A stretch of DNA of 64,000 nt from Candidatus Aenigmatarchaeota archaeon (GCA_016198685.1 JACQID010000008.1:64001-128000), one strand, 5' to 3'; shown: positions 1-9,485, counted from the first letter of the stretch. The notes: generated by a model not told the origin, from the letters alone. Numbers and translations: made by a program.

Positions 1-925
1 ATTTCTTGCCCTGATTTCTTGCAGATGCATGAACTTTGCCTCCCGATATCTGGTATATGACAAGCATTTTGTCCATGAATTTCTCGCTAAGGCGCGTAGA
101 TAGCGGAGAGCAGAGATTGAATCTTGTTTTGAGATTGTAAAGTATGAGATTGCCATGTGTTTCCGCATTCCTGCCGAAATCCTGTTCTATGGACATGATT
201 TCGTTCTCTATGGTCCTGTAAGATTCCTGCATCTTCTCGCTTCCGGGTGTCTCCTTGAAGTTTTCCAAAATTTCTGCTTTTTCCATTATGCTTACCATCT
301 CTTCGCAGGAAAGGGCATTTGTCGCCCTTGTTGAGGCTATCATGTCGGCTATTCTGCCAAGGAAAGATTCGTAAAGAGGTTTCTTGCCGGTGATATCCGG
401 ATACGCCTTCCTCACTTCCTCGACTACGTCCTGGCTGTAATCAAGATTATAATCGCCTATCATGCCGACGGCAGCTATCCAGAGATGTTTGGTCATGTCT
501 TTGATTTCGGAAGTCATCTTGTAGGCTATGTAAGTAGTGGACTGGTATATGTCTTTGCCCTCAAATCTGGGGTTATAATGCACAACTCCAGGCGTATTCA
601 GGTCACTGTGCACGCTGTGATGGTCGACTATCAGTATATCCGAGATTCCCGTCAGTTTCTTTATCACAGTCTCCTGCTGATCCATGGCTAAATCCAGGAA
701 TATCAGCTTGGTCGGTATAGTTGTCTGTATTTTCCTGATTAGATTTTTCTCTGTAGGCATGGGTTGGGATATAATGTAGGGCTTAACACCCTTTTCTTTC
801 AGCACCATGTCAATAAGCGCACAGGAAGATATGCCATCGGCGTCATTATTGAATATAATGACTACGCTATCGGTCTTTTTCACGTCCTTAAGGAATTTGA
901 CTGCGTTCGAAAAATAACGGGCCAT
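1..925 (-). CDS. DHH family phosphoesterase (RecJ-like), 3' end runs off the window
   Basis: My translation from ATG at 925: MARYFSNAVKFLKDVKKTDSVVIIFNNDADGISSCA...LIVDHHSVH; DxDG and DHH motifs; absent from ORF track because truncated. Confidence 0.85.
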   Translation of the reverse strand, partial: MARYFSNAVKFLKDVKKTDSVVIIFNNDADGISSCALIDMVLKEKGVKPYIISQPMPTEKNLIRKIQTTIPTKLIFLDLAMDQQETVIKKLTGISDILIVDHHSVHSDLNTPGVVHYNPRFEGKDIYQSTTYIAYKMTSEIKDMTKHLWIAAVGMIGDYNLDYSQDVVEEVRKAYPDITGKKPLYESFLGRIADMIASTRATNALSCEEMVSIMEKAEILENFKETPGSEKMQESYRTIENEIMSIEQDFGRNAETHGNLILYNLKTRFNLCSPLSTRLSEKFMDKMLVIYQISGGKVHASARNQGKK

Positions 926-1014
926 GAATTTATCTGAGAATAAATACATTTAAACAGGTTCCGCATGTCACTGGCAAGTGACAAACCTAAAAACTTTAAA
1001 TATGCACATATAGG

Positions 1015-1398
1015 TTATTTTTCCCACGGATATTTGATTTCAAGTGTTTCGACACTTTCCTTGCCTACTCCCAGCGTTTCATGCAGATATTCCCTGACTT
1101 TCTCGAAATCGAAAGGCCTGCAGGAAAAAACATCTATGTAAGCCTCGCCCCTGTCTGCAAAGGTGTGTATGGAGATATGGGAAAAGCTGATTATTTCTAT
1201 TCCGGTTATGCCGGCGTTGTCCGGATTGTGATCGCGCAGTATATTCGGACCGGAGAGAACCTTCATGCCTATTAGCTTCGGTATTTCCATTAAGAGCTGA
1301 AATACAAAATCTTCGCGGTCTATTCTTTTGTCGCATCCTGCGGCATCAAAAATTATATGATACGTTTTCATGAGGTTTCTGGCGGCTTCAGTTTCCAT
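1015..1398 (-). CDS. speD: S-adenosylmethionine decarboxylase proenzyme family (pyruvoyl-dependent, class 1B-like)
   Basis: SHISIHTF...AYIDVFSC motif; the residue before the cleavage Ser is Phe rather than the usual Glu. Confidence 0.75.
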   Translation of the reverse strand: METEAARNLMKTYHIIFDAAGCDKRIDREDFVFQLLMEIPKLIGMKVLSGPNILRDHNPDNAGITGIEIISFSHISIHTFADRGEAYIDVFSCRPFDFEKVREYLHETLGVGKESVETLEIKYPWEK

Positions 1399-1402
1399 AA
1401 AC

Positions 1403-4204
1403 TCACGCTTTCTTTATGTGTATCAGCAGTTTTTCCCCTTCAAAATCAACTTCGTCCCCTTCTTCAGTCGAGTAGTTTATTTTCTTCGCGCCTACCTGTC
1501 TTTTCAGCTGATCTTCGAACGCCTTGAGCGCCGATCGGGACACGGAAAGAATTATATGATCTTCGACCTTCATGCCCAAATTCTTGCGCATTTGTTGTAT
1601 CTTTCTCACAACCTCGCGGTAAAGCGCTTCGGCTTTCAGTTCTTCGGTAAGATTAACGTCAAGGCTTACGAATCCCTCTCCTAGCGGCTTCTTTGCGTAT
1701 CCTTCAGCCGTCTTTGTTACGGCCTTGACATTGCTCATGCCTTCTATGACAGGATAGATGTCTTTTGAGATTTCTATATTCTCCAGTGCCAGCGCTGCAA
1801 GCGGCCATCTGAGTTTGATTTTGTTTTCTTGGCGTATGAAGCTTGCCGTTTCCACTATGCCTTTCGCGATTTGCATGTCGAGTTCAAGTTTCTCATCTAT
1901 CAGCTTTTCATCCGCTTCAGGCATGTCCTCATGATGGACGGACTCCTTGGCCGAGCCTAGCGGCTTCAGGACGTCCTGATATGCCTTCTCTGCAATGAAC
2001 GGGCAGACAGGCGCAAGCAATATCGCGCTCTTTCTTGCAACTTCATATAGCGCATAAAATGCCTCTTTCTTGTCGCTGCCTTCATATGCAGGCCATGTCC
2101 TTTCACGGACCAATTTTATGTACCATCTTGAAAAATCGTTAAGCAGGAAATCGTGCAGGGACTCTATCGCCTTGTGCCCTTCGTATGCCGAGAACGCGCG
2201 GTTGTATTCCCTGATTATTGTATTGAGACGCGATATTATCCACCTGTCTTCTGCTTTCTTCAGGGTCACGTGGTTAGCATCCGGCACATATGTCTTGAGG
2301 AAATTAAACGTGTTCTCTATGACTATGAAGGATTTGGCTATCTCATCAACATCAAGCCATTTGAAGTAGAAGTCATCCCAAGGCGGTGAATGGAGAAGGT
2401 AATAGCGCAGAACGTCCCTGCCGTGCTTTTTGACAACGTCAAACGGATCAACAACATTTCCCTTGCTTTTCGACATCTTTATCCCGTGCGCATCAAGAAC
2501 GAAACCGTGGAAAAGTATGTTGTTGAACGGTCTTTGGTTAAATGTGATTACTGACGTAATGAGCTGCGAGTTCCACCATCCGCGTATCTGGTCCGGCCCT
2601 TCGGTCTGGAAGTCGCATGGCCACCAGTTCTTGAATTCTTCCTTGTTTTTCGGATAGCCCAGAGATGCCCATGCTGCAAGCCCAGAATCGAACCATACAT
2701 CCAAGACATCGGGTATCCTTTTCATTTTCTTGCCGCATTTGCAGGGAAGAAGGATTTCATCAACATAGGGCCTGTGCAGGTCTTGTATTTTCACAGGCAG
2801 TTCGTCAGCCGAGCCCACGACCTTTGTTTCGCCGCATTCGCACGTCCATATCGGGAGCGGTATGCCCCAGTAGCGCTGCCTGGAAATGGGCCAATCGCTC
2901 AGGCTTTCCAGCCAGTTGGCGAAGCGCTTCTTGGCCCACGCCGGCTGCCAATTGACCTGCTCATTTTCTTCCATCAATTTCTTCCTTATTTCTGTGACAC
3001 GGAAGAACCATTGTTTCACCGCCATCTCCAAAAGCGGCGAAGAGCATCTCCAACATTTTGGATAGTCGTGAGTATAACTCTCTTCTTTGAGAAGTGCGCC
3101 TTTCTTGCTCAGATCTTCTATTATTGTCTTGTTTGCTTTCTTGACAAAAAGCCCTTTATAGTCGCCTGCCTCCTCGTTGTATGTTCCATCCATATTTACA
3201 GGAGATATTATAGGCAAGCCCGCCTCTTTTCCCGCCTTGTAGTCCTCTTCTCCGTGGCCAGGTGCCGTGTGAACAAGGCCGGTTCCATCTTCCATGGTGA
3301 CGTAATGCGATGAAAGTATAACCCTTCCCTGTATTTTCTGCTGGGCCGTGACTTTATCTTTTAACGGATGCTCGTACTGCACGCCTTCAAGTTTCTTGCC
3401 TTTGAACGTTTCCAGTATCTTGAAGTCGGCTATGCCGGCCTTTTCCATGACCTTGCTTACCAGAGGCTTCGCTATTATGAGAATATCCTTGCCAGCCTGT
3501 ACGCGGGCGTATTCTTCTTCAGGATGAACCATCACGCCTGCATTGGCCGGCAACGTCCATGGTGTTGTAGTCCATATGACCAGATATTCGGCCTTGCCAT
3601 TTACTTTGAATTTCACGTAGACTGAAGGGTCGGTCGCCTTCATGTATTCTATTTCATTATAGGCAACTGCCGTCTGGCAGTGCGGGCAGACGTGGACGGG
3701 ATAGAATCCCTGATAAAGCAGTCCCTTTTCAAAGCCGGTCTTGAAAGTTGCCCAGCCTCCTTCTATGTACTCTTTATCCAGAGTCAGGTAGGGCTTTGAA
3801 AAATCCATCCATACTCCAAGGTCAATAAATTGTGAATTCATTACGCCAATGTATTTTGTTGCGAACTCGCGGCACTTCTTGATGAATGTCTCAACGCCCA
3901 ATTTCTCTATATCCGGTTTTGAGGTCAAGCCAAGCTCTTTCTCTACTTTGTTTTCTATGGGCATTCCATGCGTGTCGTAGCCTGGCTGGTCGCGGACATT
4001 GAAGCCGCGCATGCGAAAGTAGCGTATGTAAGCGTCCTTAAGGACCTTGTTCCATGCCGTGCCCATGTGTATCGCGCCTGTGGCATAGGGAGGCCCGTCA
4101 AGAAAATAGAATTTCTTGCCTTTGCTTCGCAAAGCCTTGGCCTTCTGATAGCTAGCGTTCTTGTTCCAGAACTCCTGTATTTCCTGTTCTTTCTGCGGGT
4201 TCAT
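1403..4204 (-). CDS. ileS: Isoleucine--tRNA ligase
   Basis: DGPPYATGAIHMG (HIGH-like), GYDTHG, WTTTPWT, GTGLVHTAPGHG, RQRYWGIPLP, KMSKS; start chosen at MNPQKE. Confidence 0.97.
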   Translation of the reverse strand: MNPQKEQEIQEFWNKNASYQKAKALRSKGKKFYFLDGPPYATGAIHMGTAWNKVLKDAYIRYFRMRGFNVRDQPGYDTHGMPIENKVEKELGLTSKPDIEKLGVETFIKKCREFATKYIGVMNSQFIDLGVWMDFSKPYLTLDKEYIEGGWATFKTGFEKGLLYQGFYPVHVCPHCQTAVAYNEIEYMKATDPSVYVKFKVNGKAEYLVIWTTTPWTLPANAGVMVHPEEEYARVQAGKDILIIAKPLVSKVMEKAGIADFKILETFKGKKLEGVQYEHPLKDKVTAQQKIQGRVILSSHYVTMEDGTGLVHTAPGHGEEDYKAGKEAGLPIISPVNMDGTYNEEAGDYKGLFVKKANKTIIEDLSKKGALLKEESYTHDYPKCWRCSSPLLEMAVKQWFFRVTEIRKKLMEENEQVNWQPAWAKKRFANWLESLSDWPISRQRYWGIPLPIWTCECGETKVVGSADELPVKIQDLHRPYVDEILLPCKCGKKMKRIPDVLDVWFDSGLAAWASLGYPKNKEEFKNWWPCDFQTEGPDQIRGWWNSQLITSVITFNQRPFNNILFHGFVLDAHGIKMSKSKGNVVDPFDVVKKHGRDVLRYYLLHSPPWDDFYFKWLDVDEIAKSFIVIENTFNFLKTYVPDANHVTLKKAEDRWIISRLNTIIREYNRAFSAYEGHKAIESLHDFLLNDFSRWYIKLVRERTWPAYEGSDKKEAFYALYEVARKSAILLAPVCPFIAEKAYQDVLKPLGSAKESVHHEDMPEADEKLIDEKLELDMQIAKGIVETASFIRQENKIKLRWPLAALALENIEISKDIYPVIEGMSNVKAVTKTAEGYAKKPLGEGFVSLDVNLTEELKAEALYREVVRKIQQMRKNLGMKVEDHIILSVSRSALKAFEDQLKRQVGAKKINYSTEEGDEVDFEGEKLLIHIKKA

Positions 4205-4255
4205 CTCTGTCACTATTAGCTTATATGGAAAATTTAAAAGCAAAAATCATCTTCA

Positions 4256-4552
4256 TTATCTGATAGAGTTTGGCCGGTTTTCTGGTCTTCGTTTATATGC
4301 CATTTCACGCTCTCGTCGTTCATGGTGATTAGGTCGATCCGCTTCAAGAAGATATGTGCCAGATCTTTGAGGATTATTTTCGACAGGGAAAAAATAGTTA
4401 TTGCATCTCATGAACATATTCCCGCTAGCATCATTATATATGCTAAATCTTCCTAAATAGCCGCTCATATCAAACACTTTCCCGACATTGAGCTTGGAAA
4501 TTTCATTTTGCGGTTGCCGCACATCCCATTTATAGCTATGTACCATATTCAT
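4256..4552 (-). CDS. Hypothetical protein
   Basis: 98-aa ORF filling the gap upstream of ileS; GAGG upstream; no recognisable motif. Confidence 0.5.
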   Translation of the reverse strand: MNMVHSYKWDVRQPQNEISKLNVGKVFDMSGYLGRFSIYNDASGNMFMRCNNYFFPVENNPQRSGTYLLEADRPNHHERREREMAYKRRPENRPNSIR

Positions 4553-4784
4553 TACCTCCTTTTTTATTCTGCATTCCCTCCTCTCCGTGTTATGTTCTCA
4601 ATGGCGTTGCAAAAGATTTGTAAAGTTTTTTACGGAGAGAAGAGATCGAAAGGCCTTAAATAATCAGGCCAATAATCGTGATAATCTGGCGTATGCTAAA
4701 CTTGGTATGTACAGAAAGTTTAGCTTCCATAAAAATAGTATTTTTAGAAAAATATATAAAATAAAAATGGGAAACGGTGGGAAA

Positions 4785-5201
4785 ATGCATTGCGAAATTT
4801 GCGGCGGCAAGGCAGTAACTAAAGCGGTGATTGAAGGGGTACCGCTTGATGTATGCGCCAATTGTGTGGGTCACGGGACCGAGATAAAGCAGCTTCAGAT
4901 CAGACAGGCGCCAGAAATATCAGAGAGCACGATAAATCCGGACTTTTCGGCCATGATAAAGCAGGCTCGAGGCAAAGTAGGAATTGAGAGAAAGATGCTC
5001 GCAGAAAAGCTCGCAGTCAAGGAAAGCATACTTGCCCGGATAGAGAACGGCATGCGGCCTGACAACGTGACAGCACGGAAGCTGGAAAAGGCTCTAGGAA
5101 TAAAGTTACTGGGCTTCTCTGCGGATGCTGTTGTGCAAAAGCAGGCGCCGAATGAAATAACTCTTGGGGATGTTGCAATTATAAAGAAGAAGCGGAAATA
5201 A
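4785..5201 (+). CDS. Archaeal multiprotein bridging factor aMBF1 (Zn ribbon + HTH)
   Basis: MHCEICG...LDVCANC zinc ribbon, then HTH (IKQARGK...LAEKLAVKESILARIENG) and C-terminal ITLGD motif. Confidence 0.9.
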   Translation: MHCEICGGKAVTKAVIEGVPLDVCANCVGHGTEIKQLQIRQAPEISESTINPDFSAMIKQARGKVGIERKMLAEKLAVKESILARIENGMRPDNVTARKLEKALGIKLLGFSADAVVQKQAPNEITLGDVAIIKKKRK

Positions 5202-5251
5202 CCAATCTATTTTAATTTTTCATCTGTAATTATCGCAAGAGTCGATGAGCT

Positions 5252-5818
5252 GTGGTAACTAAATTTGATTATCTTGAAGAAGCCCTGCGCAAAGGGGGAT
5301 TTTTTCCTGAACAGGCTGGGCACAACAGTGGTGCTACTTATAGTGCCAGAATAAAATCTGTCGCGCAAACAATCGGCTTGACAAATGGCGGAATAGATCC
5401 CGGTAATAACAGTTATTGGCATCATCAGGAGGAGCCGGTTATATGGACTCAGTTCAGCAATGAAAACCCTGCTTATAGGAGGGTCCCTAGGTATATCGGG
5501 CGCGATCTTGAATTACCGACTTTTCAAAAGGAGCTTTTAGATAAATTGCGCAAGAATGGATATGAAGTTCAAGTCAATGGAAGGAATTACGGGCCGAATG
5601 CGGACAGTGCGATTATTGCCTATCGGCAAGGCAATTTCGAAGGTATGATAAGGGCCGACGGGCTTGTGGTAATTCCGTTATCTGCGCTGCATCTGCAGAA
5701 ACCAAGAGAAGTTATAGATGAAGTCGTATACACGCTTTTCGGCGACCAAGCGATGAAAAAAACTCGGCAAGATGTCTCTGGCAAGAAAAACGGACGAATG
5801 CATTGGCCGAAAAGATAG
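5252..5818 (+). CDS. Hypothetical protein, probable paralog of 6265..7101
   Basis: 188-aa ORF; shares RxDG...LH...R...D.V..TLF motif with 6265..7101. Confidence 0.65.
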   Translation: MVTKFDYLEEALRKGGFFPEQAGHNSGATYSARIKSVAQTIGLTNGGIDPGNNSYWHHQEEPVIWTQFSNENPAYRRVPRYIGRDLELPTFQKELLDKLRKNGYEVQVNGRNYGPNADSAIIAYRQGNFEGMIRADGLVVIPLSALHLQKPREVIDEVVYTLFGDQAMKKTRQDVSGKKNGRMHWPKR

Positions 5819-5999
5819 GGAGAAGACGCTAAGCCTCGAATTCTATTGATATTTGTCATATAATGCCATAGAATTGATGTGGAAATCCGCAGGCTTGGAA
5901 AGAGTGGATTTTTAAATCCTGCTGGGTTAAGTTAAGGTTAGCCATTATGAGCCGATTTAAGGCGCTTCACGTGCCTTTATCCGGCGATGACTTGGTTAT

Positions 6000-6094
6000 G
6001 GCTGTGGTGGTGCAGTGGCAGCATTGGAGCCTGTGGAAAGCGCTTTGGCGCTTACGGAAAGCTCCCGACCCGAGTTCGAATCTCGGCCACGGCC
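6000..6094 (+). tRNA. tRNA-His(GTG) with 23-nt canonical intron (6037..6059) and encoded G-1
   Basis: Acceptor GCTGTGG/CCACGGC, anticodon stem GGAGC/GCTCC, loop CT-GTG-G|A, T arm CCGAG-TTCGAAT-CTCGG; BHB with CTGT/ACGG helix and GGA/AAA bulges; G6000 opposite C6094. Confidence 0.95.
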
Positions 6095-6264
6095 CTTTTC
6101 TTATTTATCTGTTCAGGCATGCATTCCCATAAAAAGATTGGATGCGTAATATTTCTTTATTCTCATAATCCTTGGCGGTATTTTCGTGGCTTCGTAACGC
6201 TGCTTGCCTGATCATCGTCTGTATCGCGTTTCTGTAATATTCATGCGGCGCGGAGGTAAGAAAA

Positions 6265-7101
6265 ATGGTCATGTATTTTGATGAAGTAGTCAAAAGGTTC
6301 CCAGGGTCGCTTACAAGGCTTGAAGGGCTCAGCGAGATAGGTTATTCACCATTGACGCTTAACGAGAACAGGGATGCAAAACTTGCCGAAAGAAACAAGC
6401 AATTGGCAGAGATTTTCAAGATACTTGATGTTGAACACGTCGAATGTCTGTACAACGGGGGCGAGGAGATTGCAATACAGTTCCGTGCAGGTTCGCCTCT
6501 CAGACGGCCTGTGAGGCACGGGAATTACGGTGGAAGTTATTTTGGATTCAATCTCGACAGGTTTGATTCATTGGTAAGCGGAATAAAAGAGGCAGGTCTT
6601 GATTGCGATATACGGGTTCATCAGCCCGATAGTGACGGCGGGCAGGAAGTAGCCGAAATTGCGGTAAAATCGGAAGGGGATTCTGGATACGATATCATCC
6701 GCAGAGGCACGCTAAGCGAACTTCATGTAGATCCCGATCATCCAAACCCTAAAGGTGTTCCACCCGGAGATTATTATATACATGAAACAGGCAACACCGA
6801 GAAAGTGCTAGTTGAACTATCACCGCCGAGATGCTTTCTTGGCGTCGAGCTTGGTGGCAGAAAAGTTAACGAAGTGGAGGAGCCGCTATATGAACTTCGC
6901 AGGCGCCTTCCGCAGCTAGCAACAATATATGCAAGGCCCGATGGCACAATACGCGTATCAAGAGACCAGTTGCATAATCCTGATATAAGAAAGGCTCTGG
7001 ATTACGTCGCTAAGACTCTTTTTGATGTCGACACTAATCCGGGGGTTAAGAGTAATTTTTATGCGAACAGTGATGCTCGAAATCTCGCTAATGCTGTATG
7101 A
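6265..7101 (+). CDS. Hypothetical protein, probable paralog of 5252..5818
   Basis: 278-aa ORF; shared C-terminal motif RPDG...LH...R...D.V..TLF. Confidence 0.7.
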   Translation: MVMYFDEVVKRFPGSLTRLEGLSEIGYSPLTLNENRDAKLAERNKQLAEIFKILDVEHVECLYNGGEEIAIQFRAGSPLRRPVRHGNYGGSYFGFNLDRFDSLVSGIKEAGLDCDIRVHQPDSDGGQEVAEIAVKSEGDSGYDIIRRGTLSELHVDPDHPNPKGVPPGDYYIHETGNTEKVLVELSPPRCFLGVELGGRKVNEVEEPLYELRRRLPQLATIYARPDGTIRVSRDQLHNPDIRKALDYVAKTLFDVDTNPGVKSNFYANSDARNLANAV

Positions 7102-7203
7102 TACGCCGTATATTGGATTCAGATATCGATACACAACCACTTTGCCCACAAAACGCTTAAGTAGTATTTTTTTCAATCAAAGAAAGGTGGAAAAGATGGG
7201 TGA

Positions 7204-7503
7204 ATATCTTCACGGGCGAGTGCCTTCATATGCAGTAAGAATAATACGTTAACGGCAGATTCATCCAGATTTTTCTATGCAAAGCTTGATGACAGGGGGC
7301 GCATCCGCCTCCCGAGAGTCTTTGTTTCAGGCGAAACAATCCGATTTTCCGCTGACGTGAAGAAGCGCACGGTTTGCATTTTCCGCGGCGGCCGCTATCG
7401 TGTGGATTCAAGGCGCCGCGTTTTCGTGCCTTCTGACATACGGCGCAGCTTGGGGCTTGCCAAAGGTATATATGTCAAAATCGTGGAGCGCGGGAACGCA
7501 TGA
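7204..7503 (+). CDS. AbrB/MraZ/SpoVT-like DNA-binding protein without a canonical start codon (or pseudogene)
   Basis: Frame reads ...FYAKLDDRGRIRLP...YRVDSRRRVFVPSDIRRSLGLAKGIYVKIVERGNA*; two swapped-hairpin-like repeats; its TGA overlaps the racemase ATG (ATGA). Confidence 0.6.
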   Translation: MSSRASAFICSKNNTLTADSSRFFYAKLDDRGRIRLPRVFVSGETIRFSADVKKRTVCIFRGGRYRVDSRRRVFVPSDIRRSLGLAKGIYVKIVERGNA

Positions 7504-8207
7504 AAACCAACAGCGTTCTTTGGAAACCCATAGGGATATTGGGCGGCATGGGGCCGGAGGCCACGGCGGAACTTTACAAGCGCATAGTAAATGTGTGCCA
7601 GTTCAAATACGGCGCCATAAAGGACTCAGATTTTCCAGAAATGTTCATATACAATCTGCCGCTCCCTGACATTTTGGGAGACGAGGAGGACAGGGATGCG
7701 ATACGGGAGCTTATCAATGCGGCTCTCCGTAAACTCAAGGGCGCAGGCTCCGACTTTATCGCCGTGCCGTGCAATACGGCGTTTGATTACATAGACTCGT
7801 CAAGCACAAAATTACCGGTTGTGAACATAATTGAAGAGGCTCTTCGTGAATGCAAGCGCTTGGGAGTTAAAACGGCAGGCCTTATTTCCACGGGCAGAAC
7901 CGCAAGGAGAGGATTATATTCGGCTTTTGCAAGCGGGATAGAAATACGTGTGCTTTCGGAGCAGCCGCAGGAAAGGGCGGATAACGTAATTCTCAACGTG
8001 CTGGCAGGCCGAAAAGTAATCGAAGATCGGGAATACCTGAAAGCGTTATCAACACAGTTCGCAAAAGAGGGATGCGATGCAGTTATTCTGGGATGCACGG
8101 AGCTTCCGCTGCTCGTGTCGCAAGAAGACATGGAATTGCGCACGATAGACACGCTTCAGGTGCTTGCAGAAAGATGCGTTTTGAAATCAAGGGGCGACAT
8201 ATCATGA
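7500..8207 (+). CDS. Aspartate/glutamate racemase family (RacX-like)
   Basis: IGILGGMGPEAT, VPCNTA and ILGCTELPL motifs; both catalytic Cys present. Confidence 0.92.
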   Translation: MKTNSVLWKPIGILGGMGPEATAELYKRIVNVCQFKYGAIKDSDFPEMFIYNLPLPDILGDEEDRDAIRELINAALRKLKGAGSDFIAVPCNTAFDYIDSSSTKLPVVNIIEEALRECKRLGVKTAGLISTGRTARRGLYSAFASGIEIRVLSEQPQERADNVILNVLAGRKVIEDREYLKALSTQFAKEGCDAVILGCTELPLLVSQEDMELRTIDTLQVLAERCVLKSRGDIS

Positions 8208-9113
8208 AAGAAGGCGGATTTCTTCATAATAGAAGAAACAAGGGAACCGAGAGAATATTCGGGCAATAATCTCTATTACGGACTGAACGTGAGCGCCAAT
8301 GCCAGCCTTGAACCTATAGACCAATTGGATGGTTTCCTCGCAGCCGCACATGTCCAGCGGAATACCGGCGCACTTTTTTATCCATACATAGCCGGCGTCT
8401 ACAATTGTCTGAACGCGAGATCGCCAAAGGAAGCGGCAAAGCAAGCCGAGCGGAGGGCATCGCTTGATGCGGGCAAACAAGTTCTTCTTTCCAATGTGAT
8501 GATAAATCTTGCGATATCCGGTACTGTGCTGACAACCTATGATTTTTGGAAGGAGAGAGGATATTGGGAGATTGTAAGATGCCTTCTGGAGGATGGAATT
8601 GTGGGTCGCCTGCCTGAGGATCTTTGCAAAAGAGGCATTAGATTAGGGGATTTTCCGCGAGAAATTGCCGGCAATATGGGAAAATCGTTGGGTCGTAGTT
8701 TTGATAACCTTTATACCGGAAGCCTATACGTGCCCGTAGAGGTGGCGGAAGCGTTGTGGTTGAGGAAAAGATATGGCGTAGACTGGAAAATCGGTCCGCC
8801 TTCCGAAGAATTGTACGATAGATTCATAGAAGAATCCGGCATTGGCATAATCCGCACGCCGCAGCCAAGCGCAACTGAAGACGGGGAAGTGAAAATAGGA
8901 ATGCCTTATATAGGCAAACCCGCGCAAACAGAAAGGATACTATTTTCAGATGATATGTCATCATTGCAAAGAAAGGCATTTGATGGCAATCCGTCTTTCG
9001 GTTATGCCTTTAAGCTGTCGGACGCATATGAGAAATTATTCGGGAATGATGGGTATTCCCGCCGCCCGGCAGAAAGAATTTATAATCTGATAGAGTTAGC
9101 TAAAAAGAAGTGA
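8204..9113 (+). CDS. Hypothetical protein with apparent frameshift directly after the ATG
   Basis: ATG at 8204 is coupled to the racemase stop but out of frame; the long frame is open from 8208 (KKADFFIIEETREPRE...) to 9113; ORF track starts it at GTG 8289. Confidence 0.55.
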
Positions 9114-9214
9114 TAGTATGGCACTTCGGCCGCGAAAAGGTCGTCAACCATAAATCCGCCGAGATAAGGATGAGCAATAATGGGATGCCCCCCACCACAT
9201 AAAGCTTATAAATT

Positions 9215-9233
9215 AGTATATACAAGTTATACT
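9215..9233 (+). promoter_or_regulatory. Putative autoregulatory operator of vapBC
   Basis: Inverted repeat AGTATA-N7-TATACT between TATA-like CTTATAAA and the antitoxin ATG. Confidence 0.5.
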
Positions 9234-9235
9234 TT

Positions 9236-9475
9236 ATGGAGAAACTGGTAAAGGACGTCAAAGAAGAAGAATGGAAAGTCTTCCGTGCCGAGGCTGCCAT
9301 GCACGGCCTTAAAGTCGGGGAATTTTTCGGGTATCTTGTTGAGGAGCATATAAAAATGGAAAGAAAAACCGGCAATTGGGATAATTTGTCAAAGCGCAAA
9401 GTGCTTACCGAAAAGGATGCAAAAAAAATGAAGGAAGCGCTGAAGATATTTGAAAAAGGATACGATTTTGAATAG
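9236..9475 (+). CDS. Putative antitoxin (VapB-type)
   Basis: 79-aa ORF directly upstream of a PIN toxin; N-terminal RHH-like pattern (VKDVKEEEWKVFRAEA). Confidence 0.7.
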   Translation: MEKLVKDVKEEEWKVFRAEAAMHGLKVGEFFGYLVEEHIKMERKTGNWDNLSKRKVLTEKDAKKMKEALKIFEKGYDFE

Positions 9476-9485
9476 CGGTGATACA

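Noticed and set aside
966-983. Inverted repeat TGTCACT-GGCA-AGTGACA upstream of the DHH gene
   Set aside because: Only 7 bp and single copy; operator, terminator and chance cannot be told apart
4587-4784. N-terminal extension of aMBF1 and weak stem CTCTCCGT/ACGGAGAG
   Set aside because: The aMBF1 zinc ribbon starts at 4785; the 8-bp stem is too short and widely spaced to call
8205-8207. TGA reassignment (alternative genetic code or selenocysteine)
   Set aside because: TGA terminates conserved genes such as hisS, proS, psmB and rpoP at their expected ends; no SECIS-like evidence seen
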